This document shows, in pieces, positions 18,980 through 29,683 of a DNA stretch of 64,000 bases. Origin of the DNA: a virus. Positions within the stretch are counted from its first letter, which is position 1, and each line of letters starts with the position of its first letter. A program made the translations under genes and the position numbers. The DNA lies in the IMG/VR virus record IMGVR_UViG_3300036773_000146, positions 85,736 through 149,735 of that record; one strand, given 5' to 3'. Below the pieces are notes generated by a model. It did not search any database. It saw only the letters and a list, made by a program, of their open reading frames with translations, and was not told the origin of the DNA.

Positions 18980-19633
18980 TCACCAGATGGCCAGCCACGG
19001 AGCCCGGGTGGTCGGCGCCAGACTCGTCATGGTCAGCGCCGAGGGCAGCGCGGTGAGCCCGGTCCCGTAGGAGGCCTGCCGGTAGATGCCCTGGGTGATC
19101 AGCTGACCGGAGCCGACTCCGGCGACCGACGGTGCCGAGCCGACCAGCGTGGGCATGACCGTGCCGACGATCAGCGCGGCCGCGTAGCAGGCGCCGGTGC
19201 CGTCCAGGGTCGCCGGAGTCAGCAGAGCCGGGCCGTACTCCCCGGGCGCCGTCAGCAGGGACGTCAGATCGGTCGTCTGGCCGAGCAGCATGCCGTTGAT
19301 GTCGTAGAGGCCCAGGATGTTGCTCCCGGTCGTCAGCGTGCCGCTGGTGGCCAGCGCGAGGCTCATCCCGGACACCGACTGGCCGTCCACCCACTGCGGG
19401 ATCCGCTGGAGCATGAGCACGCCGGACACGGGGGTGATGGCCGGGGTGATGATGGCCGGATCGTGGCTCCAGCCGAGGTAGCCGTAATCGGCCGGGCCCG
19501 GGGTGGCCAGAGCCTGCATGGCCGCGCGGGACGCGCCCTGTACACCGGTCTCCAGGGTGGTCAGGCGCAGAGCGTTCACCGGTGTCTGCCCGGCGACACC
19601 GTCGATCCAGGTCTGCGGGTCGTAGACGGTCAT
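18980..19633 (-). CDS. Minor tail / fibre-associated protein
   Basis: MTVYDPQTW...TPVNALRLTTLETGV is a typical fibre N-terminus; last gene of the tail operon. Confidence 0.6.
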   Translation of the reverse strand: MTVYDPQTWIDGVAGQTPVNALRLTTLETGVQGASRAAMQALATPGPADYGYLGWSHDPAIITPAITPVSGVLMLQRIPQWVDGQSVSGMSLALATSGTLTTGSNILGLYDINGMLLGQTTDLTSLLTAPGEYGPALLTPATLDGTGACYAAALIVGTVMPTLVGSAPSVAGVGSGQLITQGIYRQASYGTGLTALPSALTMTSLAPTTRAPWLAIW

Positions 19634-22600
19634 CAGGACACTCCCGGGTAAAGGGTCGAGGAGGGGAACATCAGCGGGTCGGGGTAGTTGGCCAGCGTGG
19701 CGTTCTGGTTCGCCGGAGGCAGGGCCTGCGCCCGCTGGATGATCTTGAACTTGTACCACCACCAGCGCGGCACCGGCTTGTTCCACACCTGGAACCGGGC
19801 GTCGGCGCGGATGTCGCCGTAGTCGTCGTAGGGCATGACGTTCGGCGACGAAGCCACGAGCCCAGCCCGGTGGTCGATGCCGCTCATCAGGCCGCCGTAC
19901 CAGGGCCGGATCACCAGGGAGCTGATCGTGGAACCGGCCTTGTGGGAGACGGCCTTCCAGACCAGGGCGGTGCCCGGCTTCTGGTTCAAGTTGATCACCG
20001 GCAGTGTCTCCGGGAAGACCAAGACCCCCTCGGGGTTGTTGCGTACCTCGTAGGCCGGGAACCAGGTGAAGCCGCCGTCATTGGAGAAGCTCCACACGAT
20101 CGGGTCGGCGAACAAACTGATCGTGTCCACGTCCCACTTGTCCGACGTCGGACCGCGCTGCACGACCCGGGCCATGACCATCTGCGTGGTGCTGGGCTTC
20201 TGGGCCATGATCTGGCCGTAGGTCAGGGTGCCGTTCTTGGTCACCTGGCCCCAGGTCGGCGCGCCCGACGGATTGGCCAGCAGCAGGGCGTTGGGGCCCC
20301 AGTTGAACCCGGCGAAGCTGGTGTCGATGCTGTAGTTCGGGCCGTCCGGGCGGGTGACGCCGACGAACATCGAGCCCGCCACGCCGCGCTTCGTACCGGT
20401 GATCAGGACGCTGTTGGCGAGTAGCACCGTGCCGACGACCGTGCGCGAGACCAGGGTCTGCACCGTGCGCAGGCTGGGCAGCGCCGAGTTGTACTCGCGC
20501 TGGTTGAGGAAGGCGATCTGGATGTCGGTGTTCATCGGGAGCGGCGCGGGCACCAGCCCGGCCTGGATGATCGTGCCGTTCTGCACGAGGTTGCCGCTGG
20601 CGTCCAGGTAGATCCCGGCGTCGAAATCGAGGCAGGCCACGTTGCCGTAGACCGGACCGAACACGATGTTGTCCAGGCCGAAGGTCGCGCCGGAGGCCAG
20701 GACGCCGGTGAGGTAGACCACCGCCTGGACCGCGTTCGTCGGCGCCAGGTGGTAGGTGGCCACGTTCACCCAGGCACTGGTGGTGGCGGTGACCGATTGC
20801 GTCGTGGTGGACAGCACCGTGCCGGACGTATTGCGCCACTCCACGTTCATCGTGAGCAGCGTGGTCGCCGCGCTGGGCTTGACGTCGGCCCGGAACTTGT
20901 AGACCGAACCGGCGACCAGGCCGGTGATCGCCGCCGAGGTGCCGACTCCGAAGGCAGCGCTGCTGGTCGAGGTCACCAGGCAATACGCGCTGCTGCTGTA
21001 CGGGCCGCCGGTGGACTGCCAGGCCAGCGTCGCGCTACTGCGCCCGGCCCAGCCGGTCGTGTTGGTGGTGAAGCTCGGGTTGGGTGCGAGGTTGGCGGAA
21101 ACCGCCAGGCTGCGCAGCCGCAGCGACATCACGCCTTCCCACTGGGCGACGTCCGTCCAGAAGACCGCGTCGTTGCTGGACACCACCAGCGGCGGTTTCA
21201 TGTCGTCGCGCCCGGCGGCCTCGACGCCGTTCGTGGCGTCCCAGCTCGCCAGCGGCGTGGTGGCCAGGTTGGACGAGCCCACCTGCCAGTTTGTCGGGCC
21301 GAAGGCATCCAGCCAGAGCTGCATCGTGGTTGCGTCGATCCAGCCGCCGTTGCCGTTGCGCGGTACGCCGACGACTGCGTTGCCCTGTACCCGGCCGTAG
21401 TCGGCGGGAACCCAGGAGAAGCGGGTGAAGCGCTGGCCGAGGCGGCCCTTGATGCCGACGGTGCCGGGCAGGCCCAGGCTGTGGTTGCGGGTGCATTTCC
21501 AGACACCGTTCACCCAGAACATGTAGGCGTACTGGGCGTAGGGGCTCGGGCTGGGGTCCAGCTTGCCCGAGGGCACCTGGTCCGCTGGCAGGCAATCGAT
21601 CCGGATCACGTCGCCCGCCACCACCGTGTACGGGGTGTTGTTGTTCGTGAGCACGTAGGCACGGGTGGGGTCCGGCACGCTCCCGCCGAGGTTGCCGAGG
21701 TAGCCGGTTTCGGTGATGAAGAGCGGGTTGGCCCGGATCAGGGCCACCGTCGAGGTCGCCGACGAGCCCATGGTGCCCACGGTGACCGTGAGCGTGCCCC
21801 AGGGCGATCCGGTGTTGACCCAGTCGTACTGGCCCTCCACGGTCGACTGGGCGGCGTTGGAGACGAGATCGAGTGACGACTCGTTGCCGGATCCGTCGAC
21901 CGGCCAGTTCCAGGACTGACCGGTGTCCATCGGCGGCAGGGTGGTCTGGTTCGCCGCGCTGAAGCTCGCGACCATGCTCGGACTGGTGTAGCCGGTTGCG
22001 AAATCGCGGTAGAGCCAGGGCGTATTCGTCACGCCGTCGCCGACGGTGTAATCGGAGTACCACTCGACGATCTGGCCCGCCTTCACCACGGCGTCGCTCT
22101 CGGCCAGGATGGCCTGGGTCCCGGCGTCCACGATCTGCACGGACAACGGCAGCGTGAGGTCCTTCTGGGCGGTTACCCGGGCCGCGACATGCACCCGGCC
22201 CCCGGCGGGCAGTGCGATGGGCGTCGAGGAGATCCCGCCGTCCTCGCCGGGGACCTGGGAACCGGCCATGATCTGGCCGTAGGAGGCGTTCTGCGCGAGG
22301 AAGGCTCCGTAGGTGCCGTACCCGGCCGCGACGGCGCCCCAGGTCATCGGCGGTTCGGACCGGTCGATCCGGCGCGTCGAGTCCAGGGTCGGGTTCTGGC
22401 TGGAGGAGTCGGAGAGCACCGCGTCGCCGACGACCGTCCAGCTGGCCATGGTCGGGTCGGTCAGGTCCGGGTCGGCGAGCAGCTGTACCGGTTCGGACTG
22501 CTGCGCAGCGAACTGGACGGCCGACACGACACGGTTCGAGGGGAACGGCTGGCTCTTCACCTCGGAGTAGCTGCTCTGCCCGGACGTGAGCAGATGATCT

Positions 22601-24942
22601 TCGGTCAGTATCCAGTTGCCCTGCGCGGAGAGGTTCGCGGTGTCGTAGAACATTTCCACGTACTGCGGCGCGTCGTCGGTGGACACGTAGTTGAGCTTGT
22701 AGGCACCGACCGAGCGGAGCCCGACCATGTATCCGATCTTGGTGACCTGGGTGTAGTCGATCACCTGGTAGGTGTGCAGGCCGGTGGACTCGAAGCTCGG
22801 CGTCACGCCGGTGGTGTGCGTGGGCAGGAAGCTCCACGCCCAGTACGCCTCGCCGATGCGGGCTCGTGCTTCCTCGTCGTAGACGATGCGCGCCGTGGTC
22901 TTGCTCGACGTCGCCCCGGTACCGACGATGGCCGTCTGGCCGCCGTCGAGCGTCTGGGTCAGGGTGTTGACGGTGTAGACGTTGTTCTGGCCGGGGAAGA
23001 GGGCGCTCAGCCCGGCCGTAGAGACGTTCCCCGTGTCGCTGACGGCCCGCTGCCACATCGCCGAGGGGAAGACCTGCACGCTCTTCTGGACGGGCTTGTA
23101 GACCTCGTAGGGCTGCGGGCTGAGGTTGGTGAACTCCAGCTTCCAGTACTTGGCCCGCTGCGGGCTGAAGCTCATGTAGCCCTTGCGCAGGATGTAGCTG
23201 CGGGCGATGGGGGTCCACTCCATGTCCGCGTAGCGGTCCGGCGCGCCGCCGATCATCGCGGCCGGGAAGTCGACGGTGTAGAGGCTCGGGTGGTAGCGCA
23301 CCAACGCGTTGTCCGTACGCGGGTCGTTGACGCCCAGGTAGGTCGAGCCCAGCACGTACGGGAACGGATCGGTGAGGAAGTCCTCGCGGGTGGCGTCGTC
23401 CAGCACCGCGTCCTGCTTGATCACCAGCGCCTGCATGATGCCCTTGAACACGCCGGGGCTGGTGCCGAGCCAGCCGCCGATGCGGATGGTGGTGACGTCC
23501 TGGACGAACGCCACGCTGACCGCCTGGGAGCCGCTGAACTCGACCCGGCCGTAGCGGACGGCCACGCCGAAGTCCGTGCCGTCATACCAGGCGGTGAAGT
23601 TCAACGGCGTGTTCGGATCGAAGCCGAGGAAGACCGGGTCCGGGTCGCCCAGCTGCGGGTCGGGACCGGGGGTGGTGATGTCGGCCGCGCCCACACCCAG
23701 CGGCGCCGTCTGGGTGACCAGCAGAAGGGCATCGCCGAACTCGGTGGTCAGCAACGGCCCCTGCGGCGTCCAGGTCAGCGTGAAGGCTCCGCAATCGATG
23801 ATCGGGTGGTCGTCGTTCTGAGTGCCGTGGGCGAACTTCCAGTTCAGCTGGCCGCCCACCCACCAGGGGCGCGACGGGTCGAAGCTGATGCCCCGGTTGT
23901 CGAGGTCGACGAAGCCGATCGCGTCGATCAGCGTCGGGTCGTTGAAGTGCAGGACGTCGCCGGTGATGCCCTGGCTGTTGTTGACCTGGGCGATCGCGGG
24001 TGGGATCGGATCGGAGTTGGCGGTGAACGCACCGGTGGGCTCCGAGTTCGACCAGTAGAGGTTCACCGTGGGCCCGTCGTAGAGCGGGTCCAGGTAGAGC
24101 CGGTCGAGAATCTGGCCCGCGCCGAGGGAATCCCGGCAGTCCAGGTAGTAGTTGACCACCGCCCAGGGGATCGGCTGCGGTTCGGATTTCCACACGGTGG
24201 TCAGGCCGTTCGAGCCGGAGGTCGTGCCGATGGCGTTGGTGGCCGCGTTGACGCGCACCGAGAAATCGACGACCGAGCCGAACAGGTCGCTGGTGCTGGC
24301 GAAGGTGTCGCGCTGTTCACCGGTGCCCGGGGTCGTCCACGGCACGTCGGCCAGCTGCGTGATCGCGTAGGTGAGGTTCAGGTTGCGGATGGCCAGCGAG
24401 TAGGGAATGGCGACGGCCTGGGCGTTGGTCGGCGCGTTGCCCAGCGTGCTGCGCGAGAGCAGGATGCGCAGGTTCTTCGTCGATACCGGCTTGATCGAGA
24501 AGCTGACCGTGCGCCAGTGGCCGGTGAAGCTGTGCTGCGGGTGCAGGTGACCACTGACCGACTGAGGCGAGGGCAGGACGCCGGGCACCGAGTCGCGCAC
24601 GGCCGCCGAGATCGGCACCGGCGAGGCCGCGCTGGCGTCCAGGCATGCGGTCCAGACCTTCGTCTGGTCGTCGTAGAACTCGACGGTCACGTCCTGCGGG
24701 AAGATCGCGACATCGAACTCCAGCTGGTTGATCCGGCGCGCGGCCGCCAGGGTGATCTGCATGACCTCCCGCGAGGTGTCCGTCGCCGCGCGGGCCGGAG
24801 TCGACCAGAAACGCTGTGTGTCCACGCTCTGCTGGGTCGAGCCGACCTGGTTCTGCTGGATGCCCTCGACGAGGTCGTCCAGGCTCATGCCGCCCGTCCA
24901 GGCACCGGCGACGGCGGAATTCGGGTCGGGCGTCGTCGTCAT
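19633..24942 (-). CDS. Large baseplate/tail protein (about 1769 aa) with carbohydrate-binding-like domains
   Basis: Start MTTTPDPNS overlaps the upstream stop; beta-rich; NLAPNPSFTTNTTGW CBM4/9-like module. Confidence 0.75.
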   Translation of the reverse strand: MTTTPDPNSAVAGAWTGGMSLDDLVEGIQQNQVGSTQQSVDTQRFWSTPARAATDTSREVMQITLAAARRINQLEFDVAIFPQDVTVEFYDDQTKVWTACLDASAASPVPISAAVRDSVPGVLPSPQSVSGHLHPQHSFTGHWRTVSFSIKPVSTKNLRILLSRSTLGNAPTNAQAVAIPYSLAIRNLNLTYAITQLADVPWTTPGTGEQRDTFASTSDLFGSVVDFSVRVNAATNAIGTTSGSNGLTTVWKSEPQPIPWAVVNYYLDCRDSLGAGQILDRLYLDPLYDGPTVNLYWSNSEPTGAFTANSDPIPPAIAQVNNSQGITGDVLHFNDPTLIDAIGFVDLDNRGISFDPSRPWWVGGQLNWKFAHGTQNDDHPIIDCGAFTLTWTPQGPLLTTEFGDALLLVTQTAPLGVGAADITTPGPDPQLGDPDPVFLGFDPNTPLNFTAWYDGTDFGVAVRYGRVEFSGSQAVSVAFVQDVTTIRIGGWLGTSPGVFKGIMQALVIKQDAVLDDATREDFLTDPFPYVLGSTYLGVNDPRTDNALVRYHPSLYTVDFPAAMIGGAPDRYADMEWTPIARSYILRKGYMSFSPQRAKYWKLEFTNLSPQPYEVYKPVQKSVQVFPSAMWQRAVSDTGNVSTAGLSALFPGQNNVYTVNTLTQTLDGGQTAIVGTGATSSKTTARIVYDEEARARIGEAYWAWSFLPTHTTGVTPSFESTGLHTYQVIDYTQVTKIGYMVGLRSVGAYKLNYVSTDDAPQYVEMFYDTANLSAQGNWILTEDHLLTSGQSSYSEVKSQPFPSNRVVSAVQFAAQQSEPVQLLADPDLTDPTMASWTVVGDAVLSDSSSQNPTLDSTRRIDRSEPPMTWGAVAAGYGTYGAFLAQNASYGQIMAGSQVPGEDGGISSTPIALPAGGRVHVAARVTAQKDLTLPLSVQIVDAGTQAILAESDAVVKAGQIVEWYSDYTVGDGVTNTPWLYRDFATGYTSPSMVASFSAANQTTLPPMDTGQSWNWPVDGSGNESSLDLVSNAAQSTVEGQYDWVNTGSPWGTLTVTVGTMGSSATSTVALIRANPLFITETGYLGNLGGSVPDPTRAYVLTNNNTPYTVVAGDVIRIDCLPADQVPSGKLDPSPSPYAQYAYMFWVNGVWKCTRNHSLGLPGTVGIKGRLGQRFTRFSWVPADYGRVQGNAVVGVPRNGNGGWIDATTMQLWLDAFGPTNWQVGSSNLATTPLASWDATNGVEAAGRDDMKPPLVVSSNDAVFWTDVAQWEGVMSLRLRSLAVSANLAPNPSFTTNTTGWAGRSSATLAWQSTGGPYSSSAYCLVTSTSSAAFGVGTSAAITGLVAGSVYKFRADVKPSAATTLLTMNVEWRNTSGTVLSTTTQSVTATTSAWVNVATYHLAPTNAVQAVVYLTGVLASGATFGLDNIVFGPVYGNVACLDFDAGIYLDASGNLVQNGTIIQAGLVPAPLPMNTDIQIAFLNQREYNSALPSLRTVQTLVSRTVVGTVLLANSVLITGTKRGVAGSMFVGVTRPDGPNYSIDTSFAGFNWGPNALLLANPSGAPTWGQVTKNGTLTYGQIMAQKPSTTQMVMARVVQRGPTSDKWDVDTISLFADPIVWSFSNDGGFTWFPAYEVRNNPEGVLVFPETLPVINLNQKPGTALVWKAVSHKAGSTISSLVIRPWYGGLMSGIDHRAGLVASSPNVMPYDDYGDIRADARFQVWNKPVPRWWWYKFKIIQRAQALPPANQNATLANYPDPLMFPSSTLYPGVS

Positions 24943-26249
24943 GCGTTTACTCCCGCGAGCGTCGAGGCCGTGTTCAGCGAGCTGCGGCCGGGTGCATAGG
25001 AGATCGAGGTCATCACGCCGTCGGTGACCAGCTCGGCGGCGGTGGCCTGGGCCACGGTCATCACGCCGTCCTTGGCCTGGTAGGACCGGTCGGTGCCGTC
25101 GGAGTAGGTGATCAGCTCGTCGTTGCCGGGCGTTACGTTGCCCATGTCGTCCAGCACCAGGCTCGTCACCGTGGTTACGTCGCCGTTGAGCGTCCACTCC
25201 TGGCCCTGGAAGCCCGAGAACACCGGGCGAGCCTGCGGGTAAACGGCCTGCTGGGCTGAGCCGGTCAGGCTGTTCGCGTAGGGGTTGAAGTTCAGGTTGG
25301 CGCTCGGCGTGACCTCGGAGACGATCTCCCAGCACTCCGAGCTGGCCGATACGGTCCGGATGGCCAGCGGCAGGCTCACCGTCAGGCCCTTGGGCGAGAC
25401 GGTGAACTGGGTCCCGGCGGGCTTGAAGACGTTCAGCACCCGTACCACCTGGTACTGCTCGTCGGTGGAAAGCGCCCGCTTCGGGTAGATCACCCACTCG
25501 GACCGGTTGCGGGTGTTCGTCCGGCCGGAGAACAGCTGGCCCGCGCCGGACCAGTCGCCGTAGGTCTTCTGCGCCATGGCGCCGTAGGTCTTGACGTTGT
25601 CGCGCAGGAATCCCCAGGTGTAGGTGAGGATCCCGGAGCTGAAGCGCCCGGCGTTCTGCTCGTCGATCCAGTTCCAGGACTCGTAGATCTCGACCTCGGT
25701 ACCGATCAGCGCCTCGGCCATCAGTTTGAGCCCGGCGTAGCTGGCGCCGTACGGGATCGAGCGGGTGAACTTGATCAGCCGGTCGCGGTAACTGGCGTCG
25801 CGCGAGTGCAGGTCGTCCCACTCGGCCGGGGTCGCCGGATCGGTGTAGGGGTTGAACGCGAAGTCCGGCTGCAACTCGGCCTGGGTCCGCTGGATGCCGA
25901 AGAGGGCGCCATAGAAGCGGTCCAGGTCCAGGAAGTGCATGCCGGAGAAGGCGTTTTGCAGCCGCGCCACGGCCGTCTGCTTGCGCAGGCCGCCGACGCC
26001 GCTGGCGCCGAGCAGGACCTTGAGCAGCTTCATCAGGTTCGAGCTGTCGCGCAGATCGTAGAGCGTCGGGTCGAGGTGGCTCAGGCGGCTGCTGGTGAGC
26101 CGGTCCGGCACGATCGGGTCGGACACCTGGAAGACGCCCTGGGAGACGTCCGGCTGGCCGGGGGTCAGCTGCTGGGAGAGCAGGCTCTTCGTGGCGTCGC
26201 TATCGAAGCTCTGGAAGAAGCTGGGGTTGTCGATCCAGGTCCCGGCCAT
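24939..26249 (-). CDS. Baseplate wedge protein (gpI-like)
   Basis: LDLDRFYGALFGIQR...DASYRDRL; follows the baseplate J gene. Confidence 0.65.
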   Translation of the reverse strand: MAGTWIDNPSFFQSFDSDATKSLLSQQLTPGQPDVSQGVFQVSDPIVPDRLTSSRLSHLDPTLYDLRDSSNLMKLLKVLLGASGVGGLRKQTAVARLQNAFSGMHFLDLDRFYGALFGIQRTQAELQPDFAFNPYTDPATPAEWDDLHSRDASYRDRLIKFTRSIPYGASYAGLKLMAEALIGTEVEIYESWNWIDEQNAGRFSSGILTYTWGFLRDNVKTYGAMAQKTYGDWSGAGQLFSGRTNTRNRSEWVIYPKRALSTDEQYQVVRVLNVFKPAGTQFTVSPKGLTVSLPLAIRTVSASSECWEIVSEVTPSANLNFNPYANSLTGSAQQAVYPQARPVFSGFQGQEWTLNGDVTTVTSLVLDDMGNVTPGNDELITYSDGTDRSYQAKDGVMTVAQATAAELVTDGVMTSISYAPGRSSLNTASTLAGVNA

Positions 26250-28081
26250 CACGCCCCCGTCCGGAAGCTGTTCTTCGCGCGCTGGGAGATCTGCACGTCG
26301 AAGAAGACCGGGTACTGGTTGTCGGCGAAGGTCGCGTCGATGACCCGGCCGCCGCTCGCGTACAGGCTGATCTGGGTCGGCGTGGTCGCCCAGGCGCTCA
26401 TCAGGGCCATGGCGTAGTTCGTGGCGTTGTCGCCGGAGGTCTGGAATCTGACGTTGTCCACGCCCGGCACGTTGTGCACGGCCTGGATCACGTCGGAGAC
26501 CTGGAGCTGGTTGTTGAAGCCGACCCCGGCGCACAGGGTGGCCAGGGCCGTGGAGATGTTGGTGTTCACCGAGGACGGGTCGTACTGGCGGTCGTAGACG
26601 ATCGCGAGGTAGAACCGGATCGGCATCGGGATGCCGCAGTGCACGCGCGCGTCGGTGCCGACCAGGCGCCACTGATCGACGTTCTCCTGGGCGTTGCGGG
26701 CCACGGTGTTGTAGTTGTAGGTGATCGAGAAGGCCGCGCCGTTGGCCGGAACCCGGGTGGTCTGCCAGAGGATGCCCTGGAGCGAGCGCGGCGACCGGCC
26801 GAAGGCGTCGTTGCGCCAGACCGCCCAGTAGTCGGTGCCCTGGGTGTAGGTCGTGCCGCCGATGATCAGCGTGGTGGGCAGCGTCAGGATCGGCCCGAAG
26901 GCGAGTGGGATGAAGAAGTAGCCGATCGGCGGCGTCGGGCTGCTGGGGTTGCTCGTAGCGAACTGGCTGGCCTGGTACGGGCTGTTCAGGGTGGTGTTGA
27001 AGACCCGGCTGTTGGAGAAGACCACCGACTGGACGGCGGTCGTGCCGATCTGGCCGTTGATCCAGATGTCGACCCTGTTGTTGATGCCGCCCAGGGCGAA
27101 GCGGGTGTTGCCCGGGTCGTTGCGGCTGGCCTGCGGCACGTATTCGATGTCGAGGTCGTAGAGGCCGTCGGGCATGTTCGCCGAGGTCGAGGTGATCACG
27201 GCCGTGGAGTTGGCGCCGGTGGTCGAGTTGGTGGGCGTGAAGGTGAAGTCCGTGCCCTGCGTGAGCATCGAGCCCGCGTCGATGTCGCGGCCGCAGTACA
27301 TGTTGTCGGAGAAGATATAGGCGGCGTTCTGCACGGTGCTCGTCGCCGAGCCGGAGACGATCTGGATCTGCTCGCGGTAACGCTTGGACGAGCCGAGCAC
27401 GTTGACCTGGCTGACTGCGTTCACACCCGGCGTCGTCGGGTCCTGCGGCGTGGCCAGGGCGATGGCCTGGTACATGCTCTGGGTGCCCGCCAGCGAGCGG
27501 AAGACGGTCGCCTTGAACCGGGTGCGCAGGTCGGCGTCCGACTCCTGGTTCGAGCCGCCGGTCATCGGTGCCGCGTTGATCACGCTGGTGACCCCGGAGA
27601 GGCCGGTGCCCATCGTGATCAGCAGACCGGCGGCCACGTTGCCCGACGCACCTGCTGCGACGGCCTGCACGGGGATGTCGCCGGTGAGCTGGCCGGGGTT
27701 GAGCACGGTCGAGACGGTGGTCTGCACGATCACCGGCGGGTTGGTCAGGGCGATCACCTGCGTGCCGGGCGGGATGACCAGGGCCGAGCCGGAGCTGAAG
27801 GCGTCCGAGGGCCGGGTGAAGGTCACCACGCCCTGCGCGCGGGAGGCGGGCAGGCGGGTGATGCCGAACAGCGAGCAGAAGTCGTCAAGATCGCCGCCGA
27901 CCTTCGAATCGATGTCGTACTGGTAGTTGATCAGGTGCGAGTCCGAGTACGACTCGGCGATCGCCTCCGATACGGCGTCGAGGATCTTGCGCGTGGGCGT
28001 GCCGGGACTGGTGTCGAGGTCGGGGATGGACGCGTTGAGCGCGGCGACCATTTTCGCGGCGATGTCACCTGTTGACGTCAT
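26249..28081 (-). CDS. Baseplate J-like protein
   Basis: LDDFCSLFGITR..A..AQGVVTF, GASGNVAAG, GGSNQESDADLRTR, VPGVDNV. Confidence 0.9.
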   Translation of the reverse strand: MTSTGDIAAKMVAALNASIPDLDTSPGTPTRKILDAVSEAIAESYSDSHLINYQYDIDSKVGGDLDDFCSLFGITRLPASRAQGVVTFTRPSDAFSSGSALVIPPGTQVIALTNPPVIVQTTVSTVLNPGQLTGDIPVQAVAAGASGNVAAGLLITMGTGLSGVTSVINAAPMTGGSNQESDADLRTRFKATVFRSLAGTQSMYQAIALATPQDPTTPGVNAVSQVNVLGSSKRYREQIQIVSGSATSTVQNAAYIFSDNMYCGRDIDAGSMLTQGTDFTFTPTNSTTGANSTAVITSTSANMPDGLYDLDIEYVPQASRNDPGNTRFALGGINNRVDIWINGQIGTTAVQSVVFSNSRVFNTTLNSPYQASQFATSNPSSPTPPIGYFFIPLAFGPILTLPTTLIIGGTTYTQGTDYWAVWRNDAFGRSPRSLQGILWQTTRVPANGAAFSITYNYNTVARNAQENVDQWRLVGTDARVHCGIPMPIRFYLAIVYDRQYDPSSVNTNISTALATLCAGVGFNNQLQVSDVIQAVHNVPGVDNVRFQTSGDNATNYAMALMSAWATTPTQISLYASGGRVIDATFADNQYPVFFDVQISQRAKNSFRTGA

Positions 28082-28509
28082 GCGGACACCTGCTGTGAGA
28101 TAGTCACGGTTTGTCGGGCGAGGGTGGTCAGCGTGGCGGACAGGTAGATGGCGTCGAGTACCTGGGTCACGGTGACCTTGCCAACCGCCTGCACCACGTC
28201 GGAGGTGTCGTACCGGCCCTGGATGTCCACGGTGGTGTCCCTGATGACGTCGCTCTGCTGGATGATCAAGTAGTTCTGCAACACCCGGTTGACCTCGGCA
28301 CGCACCAGCTGCTGCATCTCGGGGGAGAGCAGCTGGCCGAGGTACTGCGTCAGCACGGAGCCCCAGGTCGGATGGAAGCGGTCAGTGCCGTACTCCTCAC
28401 CCAGGGCCAGGGTCAGATCCTGCTTGATCCGGGGCGCGCCGGAGTACATCAGCATGCCGCCGTCGGTGCCGATGGCGATGTCCCCGTTGATGAGGGCTAT
28501 CTGGCGCAC
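28078..28509 (-). CDS. Baseplate wedge gp25-like protein
   Basis: GTDRFHPTWGS motif; immediately upstream of baseplate J. Confidence 0.75.
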   Translation of the reverse strand: MRQIALINGDIAIGTDGGMLMYSGAPRIKQDLTLALGEEYGTDRFHPTWGSVLTQYLGQLLSPEMQQLVRAEVNRVLQNYLIIQQSDVIRDTTVDIQGRYDTSDVVQAVGKVTVTQVLDAIYLSATLTTLARQTVTISQQVSA

Positions 28510-28563
28510 GTCTCCACCTCCTCGTCCTGCTCATTGGGGCTCCGCGCTGCCTGCTGGAACAGG

Positions 28564-28866
28564 TCAGGCGGGTGGCGCGTCGGTCGTGATGCCCCACTTG
28601 AACAGGACGTCCGTCGGGTACTCCTCCGGGTCGTACTGTTGCAGGAAGTCCTCGTTGCTGAGCACGGTCAGGCCCCCGCCCCTGAGCCAGCTGCCGAGGG
28701 GCGCATGCGCGGTATAGCCGCTGTAGTCCATGTCCAGCGAGCTGTCCTCGGAGTTTTCGACAACGAGGCCTCCATTTGTATTAACGTAGGTCTCCACTTC
28801 GGCGAAGTTATCACCGGTCCAATGGATCATTTCTTCAGGAACGGGACGGCTGAAAAAGAGGGGCAT
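28564..28866 (-). CDS. Hypothetical protein
   Basis: IHWTGDN...EDFLQQY; AAGGA RBS; lower GC at the 5' end. Confidence 0.6.
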   Translation of the reverse strand: MPLFFSRPVPEEMIHWTGDNFAEVETYVNTNGGLVVENSEDSSLDMDYSGYTAHAPLGSWLRGGGLTVLSNEDFLQQYDPEEYPTDVLFKWGITTDAPPA

Positions 28867-28881
28867 CTCGCTTTATCCTTT

Positions 28882-29682
28882 CTAGGGAACCGGCTTGAGT
28901 TCTGCATAAATCTTATTCAGCGGTCCACCATTGATCTGATATCCATTCGTACCACCGAACCTGCTGAGCGTGAGATGTACGGTACGAGACCCCGTCAGGG
29001 TGGCTAAAGTCGTCCCGCTGATCATGTAGGTAATGAACGCGGCGGAGTCTCGCAAAGAGCCACTGTTAATCAGGGCCGGGATCGAGTTCGGCGGGATCAG
29101 GTTGGCTCCCGTGTTCGAGCCATCGCGAGGAACGATGTCGAGGCCGATCTGGTTGTTGATCGACAGGCAGATGGATCCGGAGAACGCGATCTGGTAGGGC
29201 CACCCCGGATCGGGGATCGAGATGGTCACAGCCGTGAACGGCGAGGTCGACTGGGCGCCGGTCGCCGGGATTGAGGGGCTGGCCACGCGCAGGGGCGTCA
29301 CACCGTGCCAGGAGCTGCCGTTGTAGACGTCCGTGAGGCCCGAGTCCAGGCGGATGACCATCTGGCCCGCCACCACGTCGGTCAGGGCGTCCCGGGCCGC
29401 CTGGGAAGCCACGGCGAGCACTGCGGGCCGAGGAGTCGGTGGCACGGGGGTCGTGGACGGCGAGATGAGCAGTCCGAAGGACCAGACGTTGCCGAACTCT
29501 TTCGTGATCATCCAGACCTCGCCGGGCTGCGGCAGGTCGGTGCCCTTGGCACGCATCCAGTCCCGACGCACCTGGAGCTGGCGGCCGAGCTGATCCTGGA
29601 CGGCCGCCAGGTTGCCGTCGACCGACAGCACCTTGGCCTGGAGCGAGGACAGGCCGGTGGACGGTTGGTAGGGCGCGGTCAC
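28882..29682 (-). CDS. Baseplate spike / minor tail protein
   Basis: N-terminal OB-like region (LPQPGEVWMI), SQAARDAL...YNGSSW fibre motif; position after the hub gene. Confidence 0.55.
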   Translation of the reverse strand: MTAPYQPSTGLSSLQAKVLSVDGNLAAVQDQLGRQLQVRRDWMRAKGTDLPQPGEVWMITKEFGNVWSFGLLISPSTTPVPPTPRPAVLAVASQAARDALTDVVAGQMVIRLDSGLTDVYNGSSWHGVTPLRVASPSIPATGAQSTSPFTAVTISIPDPGWPYQIAFSGSICLSINNQIGLDIVPRDGSNTGANLIPPNSIPALINSGSLRDSAAFITYMISGTTLATLTGSRTVHLTLSRFGGTNGYQINGGPLNKIYAELKPVP

Positions 29683-29683
29683 A

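Noticed and set aside
20200-25630. Recurring TWG...TYG peptide motif in baseplate proteins
   Set aside because: Looks like an ordinary actinophage tail repeat; no sign of a diversity-generating template/variable pair or a reverse transcriptase.
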